Positions 53,898 through 64,000 of a DNA stretch of 64,000 nucleotides are shown here, piece by piece. The stretch spans positions 3,723,309 through 3,787,308 of the forward strand of contig NW_002060947.1 in the NCBI RefSeq assembly GCF_000150275.1, written 5' to 3'. Each line of letters opens with the position of its first letter. The first letter of the stretch is position 1. The notes beneath the pieces were generated by a model. That model did no database searches. It saw nothing but the letters and a program-made list of their open reading frames with translations, and was not told the origin of the DNA. The translations under genes were made by a program, and so were the position numbers. This DNA comes from Trichoplax adhaerens (lineage: Eukaryota; Animalia; Placozoa).

Positions 53898-55856
53898 ATG
53901 GCGTTAATGGCTAGTAAAAGAATTCTGTCGTCTTCTACCCGTAATTTTCTAGCATTAACGGAAATTTTACGTTCTCGATCAATGGGAACGAAAGATATTT
54001 CATCCAGTTTGAAATTTTCTGCAATGCTTAATCAGGGCCGCTGTTTCAGTGTCACACCTAGGCAATTACAAAACAAGTAAGCGAACTACTTCATGAAGGT
54101 GGACAGTACGGTGATCTCAGTACTGCATATACTAGTTTAATGAGTCTGCAATTAAGAATTTCATTTAAATTGAATCATATACAAATTTGATTCTTTCGGA
54201 ATCATTCTATAAATGCAATTGTCTTATTGTGCTAAAAATGATAGTGATGTGATGATAATACATGCATGTTGTAATCTCTTAGAACTTTACTAATTCTTCG
54301 ACTACAACTGTGCTGTTGAATATTGTACACTAGTCTACAGTACAGTATAAGAAATTTCCTTATAAAACTTCCCCTACCCGCTATTCACATATACCGTACG
54401 CAATACTAGCGCGTTAAAGCCCGAGCTATAGAGTTTATACTGTTGACATCAATTTTGATATGCTACAGACGTATATCACTATTTAGATTAGTTTTTACTG
54501 CAATAAGAACTGTACATCACACATGTCCCACAATGACTAAAGTCTTTCTGATAAATGTTACTAGACTGTATATCGTTTAGTCCCTTAGAAATGATATGAT
54601 ACAATAACATCTTTAACTTGTTGATTTATTGTACTTCACATGTTTGTAAGTGATACTAACGGAAAGAGCTGACGTATGACTTCTATTTTCTGCCTTAGGG
54701 TTACTATTAATTTTGTTGAGCGTGATGGTGAAGTAGTCAGTGTCAAAGCTAAACTTGGAGAGACGCTACTCGATGTTGCAAAAGATTACGATATTAGCCT
54801 GGAAGGTCTGTTTGCTAATATTTGCCATACTTTGCTTAGATCAGAAATACTGTAACACGTACATAGAGGCGTGTTCCTTCTTGATTATAATATTCAGATA
54901 CACAAATTTGCAAGAACTGAATATCTAAATGCAACTATATCTGTTTCTACTTCTTATAATTCTGGCGTGCACACGGTATAGTAGTAAGTGTGATACAATA
55001 CCAGTTCCATGCTAACTCAAATTCTGTACTGGACTCTTGCGTTTGACATAGCTGATTCTGTAATTCTAAATCGATAACGTCAATTTTTATTAGATGGCTA
55101 TTTACGTAATCCTATTCTATAATACCATCATTTACTATTTAACAATGATTAACTAATATAATACCAATATCGAATGACATCATTTAATGGTGCCCTAAAT
55201 AACAAATCCACAATGTGCCTAAATTCTACTGTGGAATAGACCTACGTGCTAACCATGGTGCTCATTAATAGTTATGCTACTTTCATAATATTTGATAGGT
55301 GCTTGTGAAGGAACTTTAGCGTGCTCGACATGCCATCTCATTCTTAAACCAGAAATATATGAAACTTTACCTGAACCAACTGATGAAGAATTGGATATGT
55401 TGGATTTAGCTTTCGGACTTAGTGATACGTACGTATTGGATAGCAACAGAAATAGGATAAATTTTAAGACTTACTATGTAATAGTCCATCTTTCATGAAA
55501 CTAAACCAATGTCTAGCACTTATTGCAATGAATAAATAGCCTATATTCACCGATAAGTTTGAAGTTTTAATCATAAAACGCCTAATTTTCTTTGCACCAA
55601 GTACAACACATTACCAGTCAGACAAGATTGTGTATCAAATTTAAACGATATCATATTTCAACCTATGATACTGTGTATTAACGGTCGTTCTAAAGTATAG
55701 TTTTTCTTTTAGTTTATAGCTCTGATCGCTATCATGGTGAAATAAGTGCTTCATTTATCTTTCAGATCCCGCCTAGGATGTCAAATTACTATTACCCAAG
55801 AAATGGATAATATGACAGTAGAAGTTCCTAAGGAGTCTTACGACGTGCGACAGTAA
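53898..55856 (+). CDS. FDX1: Mitochondrial [2Fe-2S] ferredoxin, adrenodoxin/FDX1 type
   Basis: Exons 53898-54076 (Arg/Ser-rich presequence), 54699-54805, 55299-55428 and 55766-55856. Motifs: [49 protein letters not shown]; ends DVRQ*. Confidence 0.9.
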
Positions 55857-57819
55857 AGATTAACTAGTCTTCAGTTGGGCACTGTTACGGCCATAATTGC
55901 GCTGTAATTATTTATAGCGATAAAAATTAATAGCTGATATAAATTATACGTTTATAAAAAATATACTGGCTAGATTATCACATATTAGCAAAGTAAATGT
56001 GATCAGTATTCTGCTTGGATAAAATCTTGCAACTTCAGATGTTACTTGTTAATTATTTGACATTTTCGACATTGTGAATGCTTGATATCTGCTAAATATT
56101 TCTTTCTATACATCTAGATGTCCGTAGTTACTTAAAATATTTAAAGTTAATGCTATGGTAGTATCTATTTCTAGAGTAACGCCCCTGCTCCTTAGATAGC
56201 AATCTACGAATGTTAACTAGAGCTTAGAACTCATAAAATTTTTAAAAATTTTTATAATCTTATTACAACCGAGTATGTCTGTGAAAAATTAACGTTGTAT
56301 GCAGTATCTTCGTGAAACAAGTAAATACCATTTCAATTACTAATTACAATTTGTTCCATCTACATGATAATATAACTGAATAATATATTTCGAATATGGA
56401 CTTAGGATTGCATTAATATGACAGCAGCCGTGTTTGCTAGTATTCAAGTACAAAAATTTGTAAAATTTTCAACCAACCTCTTAGTATGTGTAATAATTGA
56501 CTTATCCTGAGGTTTCGATCAGTGTATGTGCTGTATTTTCTGTAGTACCTATTTCTAGGCGCCTTATTCTTCGCCATAAATGCTATTGAAAATCAACCTA
56601 CGCCGTCATCACAGCCTTTTCATGGAAAATTGTTACCAAACTCCGAAACTTTGATGTCACTCAGTATTTACTTCTGCTCTAAAAATATTTTAAAACCTAT
56701 TATCACTAAGCAGTTTAGTAAACTAAATTGAATTAATTAACAAAACATTTAACAACAGCTTATATTATCATATTGTACTACAATCAGACGTATACATGCA
56801 CATTGTATGCAAATCAAAGGTGGTTCATAATATTTCACATACAAATTACAATCAAAGGCATTCGAGTTTGAAGCACTATTAGGGCGACTAGATTTAAGGA
56901 TACCATCACTTCAATAAACTCGAAATACACACGCTAGTCTAGGCTGTAGAGCAAATTGCTAGCAAAACTCCATTAATTAAGAAGTAATTCTATATACTAC
57001 ACTGTACTGTTCGTCAACTCTCACATGTACAGTTCTATGTACTGTACATTGTACAATGAAATTCCTGTTCCGCCCCTGTTACTGAATCAAGGCTGATACA
57101 ATTTGTGACTACTTCAATCACTCAATTTATATGAGGAATCCTTCGTATCGATAGTACAATCAAGATTATATAGGAGTATAGCCTAGTAAACACATGAATA
57201 CGTGATATAACTAATAAATGAGTATTTGAGATTGAACTCGTAACTGAGTAGCCTCAAGTAGCCACTTGATTTGATCAATTTCATTTTAAAATTGTCAAAC
57301 TAGCCAGCACTGACAAGCCAGATGCAGACTAACCCTTTACGACGCCATTAATTCTTTTTTTACGGTAAAAGCGATACTGTTTCATGTTAAACATTTATTA
57401 TGATAGTTATGTCATAAGTTACAGCTTAATAGGTCACTCTGCCAATTGGCATTTAGTGAAATACAATACATAACCAATGATTCATCAATAATTGTTGCCA
57501 ACTTATCACTATTAACGATCAGAAAATTAAATTAGCAAATAATTCCACTTCACAGAGTTCAGGAAAACAATAACAGAAGCCAGAATTTTAATTATGAATA
57601 TTAAGTAAAGTCAGAAATTATTCTGATAGTTACATACAATCAGTAATAAAATGCATAACCTTATGATAAGAAAGAAAGCCGTAATTGAGATTATAGTAAT
57701 CAAGAGCAACGTAAGTTCTAGTCAACTATTAAATTATGATCGTGTGAATTATGCCAAGTTATAGGTAACCCAGCATGTGGTGAACGTAGCGCCATACATG
57801 CATTACATGGATTATTAGG

Positions 57820-60800
57820 TTAAGCGATAACGACTTCTTCGAAGGCTTGCTTTACTTCTGGCTTATTTTCTAATTTTTCGGGCTTTTCGGGCTTTTCTGG
57901 TTTTTCAGATTGTTCCATATTTGGGTTATAAACCAGCTTAACATTATCAACATATGTTTGCTCGGCAGAGCGGCTACTGCTTGATCGACAACATAATTTA
58001 TATAAGCCGAAGAGTATCAGTAAGGCCAAGAAGCCAGATCCGACATAGATAGCAATACGAGCGGGCATTGGTAATTTTTCAAAAGCATTAACAGCCTCCT
58101 CAGGGAAGGTCTCGGGTCTAGATTCATGATCTTTGTCTACAAAGAAAGAAAAGTATTATAATAGAAGATGCGACAATAAAATCGAAGTAATGAACTTTGA
58201 GCGAAGTGAAATACGGTTAATCTTTAGCAGACCTCCATTATATGGACGATCGTTTCCAGGATTTCTGTGATGAATCTCACTGTCTTCTGGTTTCTTATCA
58301 TGGAGTCTATAATAAACAAATTTATTTCCACGACATCCCAATTCCAAGATCATTTCCTTAATGTTAATCTGAGTAACCTATGATAATTAATTAGTAAAAT
58401 TGGAAATTAGCGTTCCTCCCGACAGTATCACTTGCGAAATAAGTTAGCAAAACTGAAATTAGTACAATTGCAGTATAAATAAAAAGCAGAAAAAGTTATC
58501 GATTCCTTATTGCTATGGCATTGTTCAACCATCAATCGTCAAGCGAGTATAGTATTGACGATTTCAAATAATTATATCCATTGCAATATATCGTACCTTA
58601 TTTCCATCAACCGATATGATTTGCTGTTCTAAGAATAATCGGCTGCTCTTCTTCCAGCCTTGCCTATAGTAACGTCTATTGGCCAAGACTCGCACCAAAA
58701 CTGGAACACGACGCTTATTTATCTCATTTTTCTGCGGGTTAATATCAACTATGAAACAAAGTACAAACTATTAACATATTTTACGACAGTCAAATAAGCA
58801 CTTAACACAATAGCACTACAGAGTACTGTTTATAAAATTTCACCTTTTAAGTAGGCGCTAAATGAGGTATAATCAATAGCTAACTTGATATTATAGTGAT
58901 TTTACTTTAGCGATACCTTTGACGGTAGTAAATGCGACTGTATAGCACATGAAGTATTGTATCACTGCCACACACGATTAAATTGTCTCGAAAGTATCAC
59001 ATATTACAGTATGTAATATTATCTAAATCTGGCTTCACTCAAATACGGTACTCTATTTCTATTTTTAATTATATTTATATCTATTTAGTCCTAATTCTGA
59101 TTATTGTTATCTATGAGTGGTCAGAGAGCACTACTTGTCATTGGAGATAACTTACCAACAGTAGCTGGAGTTTGAAAAGACATTACAGTCGATGTTTGGA
59201 TAGGTATTCCATTAACTGAAATTCTTCCATCTTTGTAAACGATCTTTAAATCAACCTAAATCCAGGAACATCAGAAATATCATGCAATACCTACATATAT
59301 GAGTTATTTATATTAAATTTAATTAAAAAGTAATTACTAGTACAATTCAAGTTTATACTATTGCAGTAACGCTAGAGCATACACATCATGCCCCGTTCGC
59401 TATATCGTTACCATTGTAAAACTATTTCATCACTACATCGGAAGCAACGGCTAAGCATAGCTGATCATATTCTAATACTGGAATAAGCTTTACGCGTACA
59501 TAACACATATACAACTTTTTAATGCAGTACAACCGACAGAGTCGACTGAAAAAGAAGCAGATTTTAGTCATTTTTTTATTTTTATTTACCTAGATATTCA
59601 TCCTCGATCTTAATTAATAATCTTTAGTAAATACTTTAATATGTATCGTTAAAAAGATAATGTAGATTGATGAAAGAGTTGGTCATCGATATTCGTAGGC
59701 GATAACAGGAATTTTAAAATTTCAAATTTTTCCTACTCTCTTCTCAGCTAAACTCAGATGTTTCGTTCAGGGGAATCAAGTCCCCTGCGCAACGCACAAC
59801 TTGGGTAATTTGCAAATTTACGTCTAAAGTACAGTATAATTGTTTTCCTTATACAATATACTGTACTGTACAGTGCAATATAATACCTACTGTAGTATGC
59901 AACTACGGCAAGGTTTCAACTTTGAATTCCAATTTTGGATAATTCAAAGGGTCAAAGATATAAACAGCAAGCGAGCAGACATTAACAAAGGCATCAACAA
60001 TAAAAAAAAACATGAATCTTTAGCCTCCTAAATCAAACGATAAAAATAAATAATAATACCCAAAATTGTGGACTAAATTGAATCAAACGAAGCCACCAGA
60101 CTTGTTACTTTTAAATGGTCGACGACACATATACTGTACAGTAGACTGTTAACTGTAAATTAATTAATAAAATCAATTCAATGCAATCCTGAAGACCATG
60201 TGAACTGTACCGTACGGAGCCATTCGGTAAAGTACCAACCACAGTCAAGCGGATGATAATTATAATATGATAATAAAATACTGTACTGTACTGTCGATTT
60301 TTTTTTTTTCTCATTCGATCTCTTTCGCGTTCAAAGCTAAAATTATAGTATAATTAAACAACTTTTTTTTCAAAGCCACTCTACCAAAGAACAAATTCAA
60401 ATCTTAGGATCAAACCCGATTTCGTATCTTACAGCACATTGACGTAGTTGATATTACTTTATTTGATCATATTGAATCCGTGCACATTGAAGATTATTAA
60501 AATAAACTTTGAGCAGTAGAGTAAACGTATGTTCAAGTTGCGGGATAAAAAACTTTCGCGATATTTTTATCATGTCTAGTGGAAGATTTACTTTCACTCT
60601 ATCGGTAAATGGATTGGTACGAAAAGTAATGATGATTTTTTTACGCGTATATATTGTACTACAGCCAGCCATTGTATCGTCAACATTAGGAAGAAAAAGT
60701 GGCTCAGAGCCTCCGATGGATCGTTAGTTCGTTACTCATTTTACATTTAAGATACTGTATAAGAACAGTAATGTTTTTCTGTCATTGCATTGGCTACTAT

Positions 60801-61011
60801 ACTGTATTTGTATTCGTTTGCTTACTTTCATCCATTTCTCATCTTGAATGCCCTTGGAATTTAACTTGACTTGAACTTCTTTAACATCGATTCTCAAGAC
60901 TTCACCATCACGTCTCATCAATTTACCCTTATTATGATATCCATGATACTTGTGAGAAAACACTTGCTGGCAAACTAACGCCAATACCAAGCAAAATAAA
61001 ATCTTCATCAT
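57820..61011 (-). CDS. Unassigned 299-aa type I membrane protein
   Basis: Exons 61011-60826, 59255-59156, 58748-58597, 58377-58233 and 58136-57820 join in frame (900 nt). Signal-peptide-like MMKILFCLVLALVCQQVFS; TM segment IAIYVGSGFLALLILFGLY followed by KLCCR; EKP-repeat tail. Confidence 0.8.
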
Positions 61012-61630
61012 TCCCTTTTCAATCTTGACTGGGTTGAAAGTACGTAAGCATAAACTAAAACAATTTCTGACCAGTGCTTGCCTGTACCACCTATTTAAAG
61101 TCTGGTCAAACCTCAATAATAATAATAAAACAACAATAACAATACAGAAACATTCGGTAGATAGTTGTACGAGGTACAGTATGCAAATTACCGCCGTCTG
61201 CTGATAACAAATAAACACCTCTAATCAATTGTTGTACGGTACTGTACCACAGTACTTTATCGGCGTATTGACGTCACTCTACTGCACAATAAGGACTTGA
61301 AGTTGATTGGACGAATAGACTAGACGATTCAATGACTGTAATGACACTGATTATACATACTGTGCTGTGTTGTGTCCACCAATAACAGTCGTTTCAATAA
61401 TTATCTTGCATTCATATCACAGTTGATTACGTTGCATTAGTAAGCAAACTATTCTCTTATCTTTCCACATTCTGCTAATAATGTAATCGAGTTGTTCCCT
61501 GATAGATTAATACTAATTAATTCTACTGCAGACAGTATTGATCTTGTATTCATATCGGCCATGTTATTTTAACTTTGCACCATATACTGTATAACAATAT
61601 ACAGTCCACGAATCCATTGTACAGTACTGG

Positions 61631-62535
61631 AGTAGTAGTTGGTCAGTGGAAGATGGAGACGTGGTGAAAATGCTTAAATGCTTTTAGCAGTTCTCTATCC
61701 GACTTTACTAGTACAGTGTAGTAGTCGTTGGTCAGTAGACGATGGAGACGTGGTGAAAACCCTTTTAGCAGTTCTCTATCCGACTTTACTAGTACAGTGT
61801 AGTAGTTGTTGGTCAGTGGAAGATGGAGACGTGGTGAAAATGCTTAAATGCTTTTAGCAGTTCTCTATCCGACTTTACTAGTACAGTGTAGTAGTCGTTG
61901 GTCAGTAGACGATGGAGACGTGGTGAAAACCCTTTTAGCAGTTCTCTATCCGACTTTACTAGTACAGTGCAGTAGTCGTTGGTCAGTAGACGATGGAGAC
62001 GTGGTGAAAAAGCTTTTAGCAATTCTCTATCCGACTTTACTCGTACAGTGCAGTAGTTGTTGGTCAGTAGACGATGGAGACGTGGTGAAAAAGCTTTTAG
62101 CAATTCTCTATCCGACTTTACTAGTACAGTGCAGTAGTTGTTGGTCAGTAGTCGATGGAGACGTGGTGAAAAGCTTTTAGCAATTCTCTATCCGACTTTA
62201 CTCGTACAGTGCAGTAGTTGTTGGTCAGTAGACGATGGAGACGTGGTGAAAAAGCTTTTAGCAGTTCTCTATCCGACTTTACTCGTACAGTGCAGTAGTC
62301 GTTGGTCAGTGGAAGATGGAGACGTGGTGAAAATGCTTAAATGCTTTTAGCAGTTCTCTATCCGACTTTACTAGTACAGTGCAGTAGTCGTTGGTCAGTA
62401 GACGATGGAGACGTGGTGAAAAAGCTTTTAGCAGTTCTCTATCCGACTTTACTAGTACAGTGCAGTAGTTGTTGGTCAGTAGACGATGGAGACGTGGTGA
62501 AAACCCTTGTAGCTGTTCTCTATCCGACTTTACTG
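61631..62535. repeat. Minisatellite, about 11 copies of an 81-bp unit with 89- and 80-bp variants
   Basis: Core gtggtgaaaa recurs at 61661, 61750, 61831, 61920, 62001, 62082, 62163, 62243, 62324, 62413 and 62494. Confidence 0.97.
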
Positions 62536-63020
62536 TAAGGGTCTCTAGTCATCGACTTCTAAGAGTATTTTCTACTGTACAACTTCACGATACTGTACTC
62601 TACTGTGAAATTCAACAGCCGCGAGAAGGTGAATGGAGAAATTAATATTATTATGATCATTATTATTATTAGAATAATAATGATTAAACTAAGAATATCA
62701 AGCTTTCAATAGATGAAGTTTTTTTTTGGTGTTGAATTCTATCAAATAGCGTAGGGCTTCCTAATTTTATTCTATTAATTTTCCCCTAATTAAATTAAAC
62801 TCTGCCTATATATTCTATGAAATAAAATATCCTTATTTATGTGTTATTTTCCGTAGGGAAATTGTATCGTTCGCTTCGAAGCAAGCCGGTTGTAGCCTAA
62901 TTGTTACAATGATACGAAAGTATAGAATTATTTAATTCGGGAATTATGACAATATTAAAATTGTTAATGTAAATTCGCATCGATCGACATAGAACTATGA
63001 AATAAAATATCGTTATTTAT

Positions 63021-63070
63021 NNNNNNNNNNNNNNNNNNNNNNNNNNNNNNNNNNNNNNNNNNNNNNNNNN
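63021..63070. other. Assembly gap (50 N)
   Basis: Run of N. Confidence 1.
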
Positions 63071-64000
63071 TACTGTACTGTACACGAGGACCTTATACTG
63101 TACAGTACTGTCGAGCTTGGAGGTTCTCTACTGTACTGTACAGTACAGTACAGTATGTACAGTGTACAGTACGTACAGTAAAGTACTGTACAGTACTCTA
63201 GAAGATACTTTTACCAGTTATGATCAATCTGCTTATTTACCTACTGTTATTTCTGTTCAGAAAAACAACAAACAACATAGAGTGCTAACTTACCTAACCC
63301 AGAATGCATCAAATTGACAATTGCTATAGAGTAGAGTATAAAGAGACCGTTTCTAGGTAATTTCGAAACGACTAGACTGTACAGTACTGTAAACAGAGAG
63401 GAAGTTGGTCTGCTGTACTGTACTGTTTTGTACTGTTCCAGTACACTGTAGAAGATTCTTTTACGAGTTCAAATGATCCTATTGAAGCATTTGTGGAAAC
63501 CAGTGGGTACAGTACGGTACTGTAGTTGACTCACCGGTGTGATAACTCGTCTTGATAAGCCACTAGACGCATCTTTTGACCATTACAAGCTGGCAGTCAT
63601 GACTTTCAAGTGATGTCAGCGCTCACTGGTTGAGATTACTTGTAGTTAGGAAGTAATGAGTATCCGGAATTGGTAGGCGATCATTTGATGTATGCATGAG
63701 TTAGTAGAGAGATCCATCATTCTTATATTGAATAGTTGTCGTTCTACTACAACACAACTTGGATAACGATTCAACAAGTCAATAGAATAAGGGTTAATTG
63801 TATTCTTATCATCGTCAACGTACGCACATACGGACGTTGCGGGTGCTTTTGCTTGTTCCATTTGCAGCTTGTTGTTTAGGTAATCATTTGAACTTGTCCT
63901 ACTCTTCTTATCGATACCAACCACTGTGAAGATGAAGATGGCCGATGATACTTTGATGTCATGCGAAGGTTTCGAATTGTTCACTGCCCTACAAAATAGC
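63071..64000 (+). repeat. Near-identical second copy of 13473-14450 (sestrin upstream region plus first codons)
   Basis: Co-linear direct copy with offset 49549 at the ATG; only a few substitutions, plus indels in the CAGTA tracts. Confidence 0.95.
63932..64000 (+). CDS. SESN: Sestrin exon 1, second copy (partial, runs off the window)
   Basis: ATGAAGATGGCCGATGATACTTTG..., identical to 14383 onward. Confidence 0.7.
   Translation, partial: MKMADDTLMSCEGFELFTALQNS

Noticed and set aside
59768-59787. caggggaatcaagtcccctg hairpin as a tRNA or SINE fragment
   Set aside because: Only a 7-bp stem, with no cloverleaf or A/B boxes.
213-61011. U12-type or other non-canonical introns
   Set aside because: All junctions I traced were GT-AG, and RTATCCTT matches were not at exon borders. 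Not every LTN1 junction was checked.
61631-62535. CRISPR-like array or repeat-protein ORFs (61813-62538)
   Set aside because: Units are contiguous with no unique spacers, there are no cas genes, the context is eukaryotic, and the 89- and 80-bp units shift the frame.

Overview
This is eukaryotic, AT-rich (about one third GC by eye), intron-dense and gene-compact DNA from a non-vertebrate animal. The style best fits the placozoan Trichoplax, which is an inference and not verified. Eleven protein-coding genes were reconstructed by hand from GT-AG splice sites and reading frames: CDC40/PRP17 (5' part outside the window), intronless SAP18, an uncharacterised STI1/DP-repeat-like protein, RPL13A, a sestrin, cytosolic AspRS (DARS1), listerin (LTN1), TIMM13, a CD2AP/CIN85-like adaptor, an FDX1-type adrenodoxin and an unassigned type I membrane protein. 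After a 50-N gap, a near-identical second copy of the sestrin 5' region begins. Most genes are head-to-head. Every divergent 5' interval carries tracts of self-complementary CAGTA/TACTG/GTAC units whose length varies between duplicated copies. Other non-coding structure includes a 30-bp-arm hairpin, a cluster of Helitron-like termini around a 47-50 bp minisatellite, and an 81/89-bp minisatellite. Most short ORFs in the supplied track are single exons read into introns, or artefacts of these repeats. No tRNA, rRNA or CRISPR array was found.
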